Shown one piece after another: positions 23,812 to 36,420 of a stretch of 64,000 nt of DNA; the stretch's first letter is position 1, and every line of letters begins with the position of its first letter. Source of the DNA: Carcharhinus amblyrhynchos (taxonomy: Eukaryota); assembly GCA_965287045.1 (NCBI GenBank), contig OZ336890.1, positions 22,568,001 through 22,632,000 on the forward strand, given 5' to 3'. Below the pieces are notes generated by a model, which saw only the letters and a program-made list of their open reading frames with translations, had not been told where the DNA came from and did not search any database. Both the position numbers and the translations under genes were made by a program.

Positions 23812-24570
23812 AAAACAAAAAGAATAATTTGCATGTATATGGCAAGTTTTAAACCACTAAATATATTAAATCATCCACAGGAGGTGACAAGATTTTTTTA
23901 AGCAAAATTTGATATCGAGCCACATAAAGTGATATTAAGATAGATGTTCTGAAGGTTAGTGAAAGAAGTAGGCTTTAAGAAACACCGTAAAGAAAGAGAG
24001 ATGGAGAGGCTTAGGGTAATCCCAGAACTGGAGACATGACCAGCAATGGTGGAGTGATTAAAATTGTCTCAAAAGGCCAGAGTAAAAGGAACATCAATAT
24101 TTTATATAGAAACATAGAAGCAGGAGGAGGCCATTTGGCCCTTCAAATCTGCTCTGCAATTCATCATGATCATGGCTGATCATCCAACTCAATAGTCTAA
24201 TCCTGCTTTCTCCCCATAACCTTTGATCCCAGTTGCCCCAAGTGCTACATTTAGCTGCCTTTTGAATACATTCAAGGTTTTGGCATCAACTACTTCTTGT
24301 GGTAATAAACTCCACAGGCTCACCACTCTTTGGGTGAAGAAATGTCTCCTCACCTCTGTCCTAAATGATTTCCCTAACCCTCAGACTGTGACCCCTGGTG
24401 TTTGGAGGGTTGTGGGGCTGGAAATGATTACAGAGATGGGGAGTGATCAGGCTATGAAGTTATTTTGAAAAAAAGGGATTTTTTTAAATCAATGTCTGAC
24501 TTGGCCAATGTAGGTCAGCAAGCAGAGGGAAGATGGATGATCAAGACCTAGTGCAGGTAAGGACATAGAC
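23812..24570 (-). mobile_element. L2 LINE 3' end, interrupted by CR1
   Basis: TTTGCATGTATATGGC...AAATTTGATATCGAGCCACATAA...AATGGTGGAGTGATTAAAATT continues after 24400 as GGAGGGTTGTGGGGCTGG...GCCAATGTAGGTCAGCAAGCA. It is similar to 52480-52910 and 54790-54880. Confidence 0.7.
24106..24400 (-). mobile_element. CR1 LINE 3' end
   Basis: It has the tail ATAGAAACATAGAAGCAGGAGGAGGCCATTTGGCCC and CACCACTCTTTGGGTGAAGAAATG. It is the same subfamily as 61477-61947. Confidence 0.88.
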
Positions 24571-26070
24571 GAGAGTCCTATACTTTGTTTCTAATGAAGG
24601 AAGGCAAATAACTTAACTAAAATAGATTTTGAAGGAGATTCATACAAATTAAGACATTTTAGCTCATTCAGTCTCAAAGTTAGAGCTAAAACTGAAATCT
24701 TAACATACACGTAACCAGTTTATTGACATAGGATTCTTCAGTGTGGATCTTGGGATAGAGTTAATGGTGGGTGATTAGTGCTCATTGTTATTAAGGAGTA
24801 AATCTGGCACAAACTTCCAGCATCTGCACATGTCCAGTTAAACCTGGAAATTCAGAAGCTGCTGTGTAATTAGCCTACTCCTCCAGAAGCTTTGCGATGT
24901 ATAGTTATCCTGCCAGGTGGCTTGGCATGATCTTACAGTTCTTACCTATTTAGATAACCACATACCAGAAAATGTTGGGGCGTCTCCATTCCAGTCTAAG
25001 TGAATTCATTCCAGTGTGACCAGCTTTAATTACAGCCAATCAGCCTTTCTGATAAAAGCATGGGGATTCATTCCTTCAGATGTTTTCTTTTTCTACAAAA
25101 ATTAAATTGTTTGTACACTTCTTTTCTTTCTGTTTCTTTTATCTCTCCCAATTCTATTTTCCTTCTCTTTATCTCACTGTCTGTACATAATTTGATACTG
25201 AATTAATTATTCTAACTTACACTTCATGGTTTAGACTCTGCATGACTCAGTAAGGATTCTTCAGCCTTGTGCCTTCGAGAAATACATCATTTCAGCCCTG
25301 TACGTATATGTTTCAAATCCATGTAAAGGAAGCCACACCATTCCCACCCTCCAACAACTGCACCACTAAGACTTTAACGCCCTCAGGAAGTCTGTGGCAA
25401 GTTTAAGTGTAACAAATGGCTAGCATCATTTGTTTGTTGCTAGTCACAAAATCTGGACCAATAACTGTTGGCATATTGCCAAATGCATTTTTACTTTAAT
25501 GCATAATTATGTTTGTCATTTTTTTTAAATATAAATTAATTGTTTTCTCCTTTGCCCCCAACTCATCCTTTTTCCATTGAAGAAGTTTCACTGGTGCCAC
25601 TACAGAACCAAGCAGAAATGAATGTATATCCAGTCGTATCATTGATGCTCTTGTTCTCTGCAGGACAGCTTATCACTCTTCATCTGGATGCAAATTCTGA
25701 TTTGAAAGCATCTGTGTAAATTCATTATATTTCACTTTAGTTATGCATTGGCAAAATGTACGCCCGCTTCACTTTTTCTTCATCAATCTAGCCAGATGTT
25801 GCCTCTTCGGATTTTGTCCTTAAATTAAAACTGATGTTGGTCTAATTTTCTGGCATGAGGACACATAGCACTTCGAGAAATCTGGTGTTATTTGAATATG
25901 CTGTTTGGTTGACTGCAACTAAAATTCTGTGTGCACTTGGAAGGAGATGGGAGTGGTAGAATTCTGTGCAATTCATGTTTTTATCAATCTAATTTTCAAA
26001 TTAATTTTGCTTTGGCCTTATAGATGGGAATGAAGGTCATCTATGTTGTAGAATGGATTGGACCTATGAG

Positions 26071-26269
26071 GAGAGGGTTGCCAGAGGAGGCAGTACAGGC
26101 AGATACAATGAACGTTCAAAAGACATTTGGACAGGTACGTGGATAGGAAAGAGTTAGAGAAATATGGGCTAAACACAGGGAAATGGGACTAGTTCAGTTT
26201 AGGAAATCTGGTCAGCATGGACAAGTTGGGCCGAAGAGCCTGTTTCTGTGCTGTGTATCTCTCTGACTC
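26071..26269 (+). mobile_element. CR1 LINE 3' UTR fragment
   Basis: TTGCCAGAGGAGG...AAAAGACATTTGGACAGGTAC...GTTGGGCCGAAGAGCCTGTTTCTGTGCTGT. Confidence 0.85.
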
Positions 26270-26408
26270 AAGGGGTGGAATTTTACCAATTCACCCCACC
26301 CACCGGTGGACGGAGGGAGCTGGTAAACTCGCATGACAGCAGCGAAAACAGGATCACGCCCAATTTCTCGGCTCTCAGGATCTTACCAGAACCAGATTTC
26401 CCGTAAGA

Positions 26409-26729
26409 GAATCAGAGAATAGAATCATAGAATTCCTACGGTGCAGATGGAGGCCATTTGGCCCTTTGAGCCTGTACTGACAACAATCCCACCCAGGCCC
26501 TATCCCCGTAACTCTACGTTCCCCTGACACTGAGGGGCAATTTAGCATGACTAATCAGCCTAACCTGCACATCTTTCAAGTTTGGGAGAAAATGGAAGCA
26601 CCCAGAGGAAACCCAAGCAGTCATGGGGAGAATGTGCAAACTCCACACAGACAATCACCTGAAGCCGGAATTGAACCCGGGTCCCTGGCGCTGTGAGGCA
26701 GCGGTGCTAACCACTGTGCCACTGTGCTG
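26409..26729 (-). mobile_element. HE1-like V-SINE with a CR1-type tail
   Basis: It has a tRNA head and V-domain. The tail (reverse strand ...GGGCCAAATGGCCTCCATCTGCACCGTAGGAATTCTATGATTCT) matches CR1 3' ends. Confidence 0.9.
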
Positions 26730-27899
26730 TCACTAAATAATTTATTCAATTATATTTAAATGTTCATTTACATGATTTTAGTGAGCCCAACACTCAATCG
26801 TCCAGGCTCATTTGTCTTTATGGCCTCACTGGGAGATTTCCTCTCCAGTGAGGAAAACACCTGCTCCCTGAATGGGGGGATGGAGGGGGCGTAGTAGTCA
26901 TGTTCCCCTTGCAGGTAGAACCAGAGGCCATTGAGGCCCCCCGGAAGGGCTGAGGCTAGTTCCTTCCTGGCAAGTTAAGCACCACCTTATGCCTCAGTTA
27001 ACTAGAAACGATCTAACTCATTTCTTCATGCACTATGTGCACAAAATTGAGAGTAAAAACTTGCCCAAAAAACAAATCTGTAACATTCCCATTTTCTCAC
27101 AAAATTCCGTCCTAAGATTCATTGAATGTACTGTGAATTGATGCAGATGGGGATCTCTTAAATGGGGATTCTGATCACTTTTGAGTGATCAGAATGAATT
27201 TAATTGTATGTTAAAACTACAGGCTTTTGAGTCTGCACCCTGACATCTGGGTTAAGTAAGAATCTCTATCTTGCACTGTGTGGGGAACAGTTGCCTGGCA
27301 ATGATCTTTTTCCCAAATTGGCAATTATCAGCCAGAGAACACATTTGCCTCCCAATTATTGATAGTGGGCAAGGCTCTTGAAGCTGGATGGTCAATAGGA
27401 ATTACTCCAGTGTAGAAAACATTGCATCTTGCCACTTCAATTAAAATTGCAGATATGATCAGAAATGCTGTCCTACCTCTGGTCTGCTATCAGGATTCTC
27501 CTTCGGGCAACTGACATTATATCAGGTACCTCTGGGCCCAGAGGATGACTGTGAAATTCCAATCAGCCTCTGACATTTGGCTTTAATAGTTCCTTTATCC
27601 ACCTGAATTAGCCACCTTTTGTGTGCTGATTCCACCTCTGGGGAAAAAGGCCTAGAGATTAGATGGTTCTGGTGAAGGTTTCAGTGGTTGTGACGTGAAA
27701 TTTGATGTCCATCTGCTGCCATGGAGGTTGAAAATTGTGCCCATTCTGTGAAATATTGGGTAGTTACTGGTGCCAGTGTTCTGGCAGCAGTAACTGGGGC
27801 AGAATAGGACTGCAGTGCATTATTTTTACTCTCACCAACAGAGGGAAAAAGAACTTTTAATTTGGTGCTCTTGCTCTTTGAAAGTGATCTGATACCTTT

Positions 27900-28105
27900 A
27901 ACAAAAAGCAGTGGTATTTGTGATCAGCAGTCTAATAATAGTGCCAGAAATACCTGATTTTATATATTGATCATTAAGCACTCATTAATAAATCAATAAA
28001 CAGTTTTACTGACATGGAGTTGATGCCTCCCTCTGAGTGTTAGGACAGGTGCAGCAAGTAATCTCCCAGCCTGCATTCATTGCTAACTGAAAGAATCACG
28101 ATTGT
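27900..28105. promoter_or_regulatory. Candidate conserved non-coding element
   Basis: It is a unique block with CATTAA, ATAAATCAATAAA (Pbx/Hox/Onecut-like) and CAGGTG motifs. Conservation was not tested. Confidence 0.22.
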
Positions 28106-28792
28106 TTTTGTGGGATGAAAGTTGTATAATATTCAGGAAACCAGTTCTGGGTCCCAGCTGTATCATATTAAGCAAGTTGCCCAAAGAACATTGTTTAGTT
28201 TGGGGACAAGGAAGAAAGGAAGCTTTATGTAGCTTATCATTGCCATCCATACTTTAGAAAAGTGAAATCTTAGCAGTGAAAGGAAACAGTCCATATTTAA
28301 AACACTTGTTCATCTTTTGTGTAGGTGTGTTCAAGCAATTAAGTGCAAAGGTTTCCCAAAGGTGCTTGTCAAATCCTGCTTTTTTTCAATTTCCAAAATG
28401 TAATTTATTTTCCAGTTTCCGTTCACCAGAAGCTTATACTTTCAAGTGAAATACAGCTCAAAATTTCTACCCTGGAAGACAACGCTCTGTTACATCAATG
28501 TTCTATCTCCAGTTCCTGTATTCTTGCAGATATTTTGTTGGCAGTATAAACAAGATTTCTTTTATGTTTTATTATACTGGAACTATACTGATTTGCTCCA
28601 GACTTGTTTTTCTTTGGAATTTGTGATATTGGCCTATTAAGTATCGTTTATCTTCCACAAATATTTCTTCTACAATCTTTTACTGTGAAGTCTATGTTAA
28701 AAAGGGACAACTGATTGACAGAAGCAGTTGTCTCGATAAACCATGACAAGTGAAATATTAGGCTGCCACTGATTTATTGTGGTTTTCTTTGG

Positions 28793-28879
28793 AACTCACC
28801 TGATGAAGGAGCAGCATTTCGAAACCTCGTAATTCCAAATAAATCTGTTGGACTTTAACCTGGTGTTGTGAACTTCTTA
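28793..28879 (+). mobile_element. Penelope-like terminal-repeat fragment with a degenerate hammerhead ribozyme motif
   Basis: CTCAC-CTGATGA-A-GGAGC-AGC-ATTTC-GAAA-CCTCGT...AATAAATCTGTTGGACTTTAACCTGGTGTTGTG is clearly homologous to 38031-38125. Confidence 0.75.
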
Positions 28880-29222
28880 ATATGAAACCAGCATTGACTC
28901 TTAAATGTAATGTACATTGACCTTACGAGCCAATCTCATCTCTGAAGCCAAACTTTTTATTTGAATTTAGAGCTTAACTTACACAGTAGGTATGTACTAA
29001 TCTCCTTGGCACATTTCTCCAGACTTTCAAATTTAACGAACAGTGATGAGCCGAGTGATTGATACTGTAAATAACAAATTGTGTGCTGTTCCACACCACC
29101 AGTCAAACCGTTAGCTTATTTTACTGCTTGGGAATTGAAAGGCAATGATAGGAAAAAATATTACAGCCAAATAGTAAATGTGATTAGCTTTAAATTGGTT
29201 GCTTAATTAATTTTGGACCAAA

Positions 29223-29313
29223 AGCTGGGACCTGCTTAGCCTTGGCTTCAGCCACAGTGCTGTTTTTTTTTTGCACAGCTGGGACTTGCTTGGCTTCAGC
29301 TACAGTCCTGTTT
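29223..29313. repeat. Imperfect direct duplication of about 40 bp
   Basis: AGCTGGGACCTGCTTAGCCTTGGCTTCAGCCACAGTGCTGTTT and AGCTGGGACTTGCTTGGCTTCAGCTACAGTCCTGTTT. Confidence 0.8.
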
Positions 29314-32300
29314 GCCGAGTGCAAGTACAATTCTAATATTGACAAACCATTCATACAAACTGTTCTGAGATTGCTTTTCCTTTTGGAAGTCTTCTTTGGA
29401 GCCGAGAACTCTTTTAAGAATATGATGCATTTCATAAAAATATTAGCACTTTGTGGTATTTTCAGCAGACTTTTTTTAGCAGTTGATAAGACATCGTTGG
29501 TTGAGAAATTCATTTGACCCCTATCTTTATAGGATGTAGTCCTTGGGCACAAAGGAAAGTTAGATATAATGTTTAATTTTTAAAAAATCTGTCTCTGGAG
29601 GAAACGTCTTTTGAATTTTGGGAAAAAAAGGATACTGCCTTTGCACCTACCAAGGCGTGGATATCTCTCCCATGGATCTCTAAACATCTCTGATATATTC
29701 TAATGCTAGGAAACCTGTTTAATATTTATTCTATTTGCAGGGAAATGAGACACGTCAAATAGATGGAGAACTACCGTAGCTTCCTTTTTGACTTCCCACT
29801 TACCTGATGGTCAATTCTATACTGCAAGAATGGAATACATGATAGCACTTGCCTTGTGTTGATGTCTAGATTCATTGATTGGAGGTGTACCATTATTAAT
29901 CTCAGATTTGGTCAACATTTTTGGATAATCGGAAGCTTTTGGATATGGGCTCAGTCCAGTATCAAATATATTTGGATTTCAACATTGGCATTGTATTCTT
30001 ATTGGAAAAAATATTTCTACATATTCAATTGTTAGGAATTCAAATTCTTTAAATGCACAGGGGAGACATTTACTTTCCACTTTTTACAAGGATACACTTG
30101 CTCGTGCAGGGAAGTGGCTGTTCCAGGTAAATGTAAAAGCAGTTCTCATTTTGTATCTTATTTTAGGGCTTTTATTATAGGCTTCTGATTTCACATCGAG
30201 TGCAGCAACATAAGTGCATTTCCCAAATGCACTGATCATTTTACATTGAAAATGATGCATTCGTTCCCGCTGTCCAGAACTGTGACTTTGATCTGGAAGT
30301 CACGTTTGTCGAAGACCTTGGGAACTGTCAGAATTTATCATTTGTATATGAGCCTTATCCATACTGGCAGCTGTGTCAATCCACAAAGAATTGATTTTTT
30401 TTATACCAGTTATTTAAACAATTATTTGTCAGTTCTTAGATTTTGTTGTGTAGCTTTCTCTTGATATATGGGGGGGTACATAAGAGTAATATGTTTGCAT
30501 TACCCATTTCACCGAGATTACAAATTTCAACCAACTCATGTCAGTTGTAGGGCTAATAAAAACTGTATTATAGTGTTTGTTTTGTTTCATCAGGTTCGTG
30601 GAGTTGTATCTGAATGGCTGAGCAAGTCAGCTGAATTCTAAGGCAAAGTTTGGGTTCCATCCTTCCTTTTACTGGATCACCAATTACAATTATAGTACAA
30701 CATTTATGACAGTTTAGTTAATCTGTGTGCCATAAATATATATCAAAATTATCCTGAACATACAGCTCAACTGGCTGTGCATGTAATATATCTCCAGATG
30801 CATCCAAATGAGATGAGGGAATAAAATTTATGAAATGTGTTTAGATCTTGGTCGGGAATTATTTTGGTGCTTATAATTACCAAGTGCTAAGAGTACTTGC
30901 TGGAGCCTGACCAATGATCTTGACAACATTCAGTTATGGTTAATAGTATAGGCAAAGAATTGTTTCCAATCAGACAAGATATATCATGAAAGAATACTAA
31001 TTTATAGAAGTTACCCATTTGATATGATTCCTGATGTACAGTTTCACCTTTTATTTAAAATCTAGCAAGTTGGTGCATCAACATTGGCAAGTGTAATGTG
31101 TTCATTATTCCATTTTATTACATGAAAATGTTCTAATTTGAAATAAATGAATTCAATCACAGCTATTACTTTTGTATGTTCACGTATAGAAAATGTAGAA
31201 GCCTAATAACATATCAGTTGACTTAGCTATTATCTAATGTTGATCAACAACTATTTAATTTTTGTCTCAGTATCCTTTCCTTGAAGATTGCTACTGTTCC
31301 ACAATTTTCAACTCCATTAAGGATACTTCATCCATAAAACCCCCCCAAGCTGATCTGCCCAACTGCTACATGAAGGCATTCTCATAAAACCGCTATATTG
31401 TGGAGTCCATGGTGTTTTCTTTGCGTTCAAGAAAAATCACAATCTCACATTGCAAGGGAATATTATAGTTGCATTACACTGCCTTGCAGTTAGATTTTGA
31501 GCAGGAATAACATCTGCCTTAAACATAAGACACTTGGACCACATTAAGAAAATGACTGGTGCGTGAGAACATCCACAGGAAGAACCAAATCAATGCATTG
31601 GTTGCACAGGGTTATACCCTTGAATCATTGTTTTTCCTGATTATTGTCGTAGAGATTCTGGACTGGATTTTGTGTCTCCACTGGAACAGCGAATGGAGAC
31701 GGTGGGTGCTAAACATAGTGCCACCTGCTAGCATGCCCCATCCAGCCCCCAGGCCATTTTCGCCAAGGCAAGATGGAGAATATGGGGAAGGAAGCATTAC
31801 CTGCCAGCATGCGCAGAAAACTGATAAGAGAAAGTTAAGGCTTATAAACAGAGGCTGCTATGGCCTGTTGTTGTCTTTCAATCTTGGATGTTGGTATTAA
31901 TGAAACTTTAAGCTTGGAAAGATAGAAGCTGATTTTGTTTAATAATTGCCATGTTGCCTTGTGCAATAAGTCCGTGGAGCCAGAAGTCCCTTCACCAAAA
32001 TCCCTTTATCTACAACTCTGACAGCAGTACACAGAATGCTACCAGTTAGCAGTCTACCTCCAGGGTGGTGTCAGAGAACTGACACTCCCTGTCAAGTACA
32101 AGGCAAAGACTCTCTGGCCCATCAATTGGATCCTTTTTCAGAGAGTTCATACTCCAATAGGCGAACTTCAAAGTCCTTACACCTTGTACAAAAGCAGCAC
32201 TGGTTTAATTTGTTTCTCTTACACATCACATGACTCTAGTACAGCTGTGGAAAATGACCTGCTGGAACAGGTACACGTAACAATTAGTTGCTAGCTAACT

Positions 32301-32697
32301 CGTTGTAGATATTTACAGATAATGCAACAATAAAAACAAAGATGAACTAGGATTTTCCACAAAGCCTCCAGATTTCTAAGGGTCAGTTTGGCTCCCTGGA
32401 GGTGGTTTCCTGGCTCAGGCCTGAAAGAGACTGCCCTCCACCCAGGCAGATGGTCCTCCCTGCTACCTGTATGCAGCAACAGCCACATGAAAATATGAAG
32501 AAATAGAAAGGAGTAATTGTTAAAACATAAGCTCAAGAGCGTACAATATAATTAGGAATGAACGTGTGAATTCCATGAATTGTGGTGCCTCACTTGTTGG
32601 GTGAAAAAAATACAAATTAATTGAAAATAAAATGTAAATAAATTACAATGTTTGATTCACAATATGAAGTTTATGTATTGGGTGTAAAAACATATCA

Positions 32698-32908
32698 GTT
32701 GGGACTTTCCACCTCCCTTCCCCACAGCGCCGTGTTTTGTGGTGGAGGAGATGGCCTGCCATCGACCAGAAGTGAGATCTTCCAGTACTGCTGCTGCCAA
32801 TAGGGTTTCCTGTTGTTTACACTCTCCACTGATGGGAAATCTGTGCTGGGGAATCGCCATCAGTTGAATTGGACAATGCTGCCAGCCGGAACGGCAGTAA
32901 AATCCCGT
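32698..32908. mobile_element. MITE of about 200 bp (Harbinger-like)
   Basis: It has GGGACTTTC...AAAATCCCG termini and a central CAATAGGGTTTCC motif shared with 62903-63099 and 63405-63590. Confidence 0.5.
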
Positions 32909-33310
32909 ACAACGTGTAAGATTCTAACAAAGTTAAGACAGAAGTGTGAGATTTGAAGGTGCTGGGGAAAATCTGACTGATATTTAAGTGTAAAAAGGTC
33001 AAGATTTCATCTTAGGTGTGTACAAAAAGACAATATTTCAGCTGTAGGATGGCAAGGTATGTCACCCTGTGAACATAATAGAATTATATTGAATCTCTTC
33101 GAACAAATATTCTCTGTTCCATGGTTTCTGATATCTGTGATTTGATTTCAGAATCTTTTGACCAAGAAGAGTTACTGGAATGAAATGTGTCATCAAGATT
33201 GATAGCTTGGTTCCCTTGACTTGTACAGTTAAGCCAATCTGTTTTAGATTTGGCATTACCTACTAATTAGTACTGCTACACAAAAAATGAAATAAAAGTT
33301 TATAACATTG

Positions 33311-34231
33311 TGGGCAGAAATCTTCCAAGAAACAGCTAAGTGTCATAATGATGAGAATAATGGGGGAGCCCATCTTGGTCTAACAATGGTGCTCTGCATT
33401 GCAACCTTCCCACACTCAGTCACTTTTTTCAGAGAGTTTGGAGTTTTGCACCAAGATTGGGAGTGGGGGTTGTGTGGTGGTGGGGGGGAGGGGCAAAGGA
33501 CAAAGGTGTCTCAATCTTTCAGTGCACGGGGATATCCTCTGTTCTCCCACGAACATCCAACTCCACCTTCCCCACCACTCAGCTATCCCCACAGCCACCT
33601 CCATTGGCAGCATGTTCCCCCAACCCAATATGGGTCGCCAGCATTGGGCCCTCCTGACCAGTCCCCCTGCCTGACCCCCAATATGCACCCCCCAACCCCC
33701 ATTCTTGACCCCAGTTGTGGTCCACCCCTGCACAACACCCTCTGCATAGCCCCCCTGTCATAACCCCAGTCAGGCCCAATGTCCTTGACATTGCCCCTGC
33801 TACTCTTGTGGTGCCCAACTGGCACTGCTGGAGTGTCTGGTGGCCACTGCTGGAGTGTCCTATGGGCACCACCAGTGGCCATGCCCCTGACTACCCAGAG
33901 GCTTCAATGGCCTCTGACCCCACCGGCATGGCCATTGCATCAAGTCTCCTCTAGTGCAGACTGGTGGTGATTCTCACTGTTTGCACTCAAAGGCCAGAGA
34001 ATCCCATGCATGAGGAGTCAAATGGGCTGTGTGCATTTAAATACCATTTTAAATATGCTAATCAACCTGAAGCCCTTTCTGGGTGTGACCCGGTCCCTGC
34101 CATTAGAAAGGGGCTAGGTGGATTGCAAACTGCTTGGCACCGGCCACAAAACCAATATTTAGGTCCATACGCTATTCCTTAGATCGATGTGATCTACGCC
34201 CGTTGCAGCGAGGTCAGTGAATCACTCCCTG
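33311..34231. mobile_element. Non-autonomous Harbinger-like element
   Basis: It starts GGGCAGAAATCTTCC...CTAAGTGTC, like 63793. The interior is C-rich and it ends GAATCACTCCC. Confidence 0.45.
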
Positions 34232-34671
34232 TATTGTGGTTAAATGCTGTCCATGAAAGGTGAAAGCCTATCTAATATTTCCACAAATATGAGGAACAGA
34301 TCACTTGAAGATGTTTGCATAATGTGTATTAATATATTCACACAAAAAGGTAATTGGAGCAGTATAAATTATTTAATAGGATTTTGCACTGGTGATGCTG
34401 TGTTATTATTGATTTCTCACAACTGTAAAAAGAACCATAACTCTGGATTGAGCTACGGGTAAGTGTTGTATCTCGGGCAATTGAAACCTCTCGTTAGTGA
34501 ACTCTACAATTTTAAACTTGGATTTTTATAATATAACTACCGAAATATTCCCTGTCAGGACAGATATCTTGGAAAAATATGACATGAACAATATGTCTGA
34601 TGAATGTTAATGCTTGCCTGTTACTCGCAGAATCTAAAAATAGATGGCCATAAACAACATTACTGTGACTA

Positions 34672-34800
34672 GTAATTGTATTTACATAGAGCTTTTATTA
34701 TAGAAAACTGTCCCATATCACTTGGCAGCGAAGCCAAGGAAGGAGATGTGAGGAAAAAAGACTGTCCAAAGGGTAAGTTTTAACAAGGGCTTTAAAGGCT
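34672..34800 (-). mobile_element. L2 LINE 3' fragment, degenerate
   Basis: TTGTATTTACATAGAGCTTTT...GAAGCCAAGGAAGGAGAT...CCAAAGGGTAAGTTTTAA follows the L2 3' end pattern seen at 23812. Confidence 0.45.
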
Positions 34801-34907
34801 GAAGGTACAGCTGTTAGTGCTGGACTGAAAGGAGCTGATTTTCACAAAAGGCTTAAAGAGCTGGAGGTTCAAGAGATCCAGGAGATTTAGAGTAAAATTG
34901 GAGATAA

Positions 34908-34960
34908 TAACAGAAAATGTTGGAAATACTCAGCAGTCTGGCAATGTTTGTGGAGAGAGA
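34908..34960 (-). mobile_element. Short fragment of a second Penelope-like terminal repeat family
   Basis: AACAGAAAATGTTGGAAATACTCAGCAGTCTGGCAATGTTTGTGGAGAGAGA resembles a shark PLE terminal sequence I recall. No hammerhead core is retained here. Confidence 0.4.
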
Positions 34961-35239
34961 ATTAGTGCCAGCAGCCTCACCAAGTGGACTGGCACTCAAT
35001 GTTATAAGAAGATGAAGCATCTCACTATCAGGTCCATATCTGCCACTTCACAATCTCCCAGCATCTTCGTCAGAACCCCCCAACAATCCCTGTCAAAACC
35101 CCTTTCTGGCTAGGTGCAGTGCCCACACATGCCACCTGCATCTGAAGTTGCTTCCTCCCCCTGCTCTCCGCAATTCAAAAGAGCACCCTGGAATTGTGGG
35201 ACTGATTTGTCATCTGCATCATCCAATAATGCAGAGACA

Positions 35240-35592
35240 TGCACATCAATGACATGTCAGTGGACAGGCCTCTGGGTAACTATTTGAAGTGCACCATACA
35301 TCTTCCACACCTCCTGATGCGCATCAGGTGGGGACTGGAATTTCCAAGGGAGCGGGCAGTCAGAGGTCTGCTGGATTCCAGAACGCAGCTGAACCCGAGC
35401 CAGATGCTGGGCCTCTGGAAAATTTTCAGCACTGCTGGAAATGCAATGGCCAAGGGATTTACAGGAGTGGTATTAGCAACATTCCAGCAACTGCAAAGTC
35501 AACTGGAGGAGTTCAGATGCTTTCAGTCATGAGAGATGGTGTTGGCATTGCATGGCACCCAGGCTAACACTGCAAGAGAGGCATCCACCCTT
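35240..35592 (+). pseudogene. Harbinger Myb-like ORF C-terminal fragment
   Basis: LATFQQLQSQLEEF...GTQANTAR shares nucleotide sequence with 1200-1330 (AACATT(T/C)CAGCAACTGCA...GAGGAGT). Confidence 0.5.
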
Positions 35593-36420
35593 GATTTAAT
35601 GCCCCCCCCCGCCAACCTTCCCAGAGTCCTTGGTCCCTATCTTCCTCCAACTCTTGCCCCTTCCCTTAAAACTGTCTCCCCACCACCTCCCCCCGCCCCC
35701 CCAATGACACATGCTCTCTCTTATGCCCCCTCCAATAATATCATACAAGGGCGATATGCCCGGATTGACAGTGTCTCAAGACAGGATGACAATTTGTTGT
35801 GAAAGAAGTTGCGGTGCTCTTCACATTTTGTTGAAGTCAATGTAGGACCTCTGACTACAAGAATCCATGACATCGTTACCCCGCCCCCCGCAACCACCCT
35901 TCCCACCAGCCCATTAGCTTGACTGTCCAGCCTTGACTATATGAGTGACATACAGCCACCCTCTTGGGCTGGAAAGCTTCAAGCTTTACACTCCCTCCCG
36001 CCCAGATCCCGCAGGCCAGTGACAGCATCAAGGTGGTTTGGCTCATCACTGTGGCACTCATACAGAGATTTCTTGAGACTCTGAAGGAATCCTCATTGTG
36101 GGACCCTTGAGCCTTTTTGCCTGAGCTGCAGCAGATACTTTTGTGGTGGAGATGTAATAGTTTTCCAGGCATGGGACTCTTTCAGAAGAGGTTGAATTGA
36201 GGTTACTGCCAAACAATTGATGTCATTTAAAGATTTCTGCCATTTTATGAAGCTTGGCAGAATGAAAAAAAATAAAGTAGTGAGGGAAACATGCGGTTTT
36301 GTAAAGCTTATTGATTTTTGTCAGAAGCTTTGCTGGCAAGGGAAAAAAAGCCTGTTAAAAAGAAAGTAATATTAGAAAGTATATTGGCTTTCTAGGAAGA
36401 TTCAGAGACCTGAAAAAAAA

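Noticed and set aside
25640-25725. Possible exon after TTGTTCTCTGCAG
   Set aside because: There is no strong donor, stops follow in all frames, and the peptide is not recognisable.
33308-33882. Overlapping 97-151 aa ORFs
   Set aside because: These are Pro/Gly-rich products of a C-rich non-autonomous element with no domain similarity I can recognise.
35730-36190. Possible L1/Tx1 RT relic (SVSRQD..., LDYMSDI)
   Set aside because: The motif resemblance is too weak and frameshifted to support without a search.
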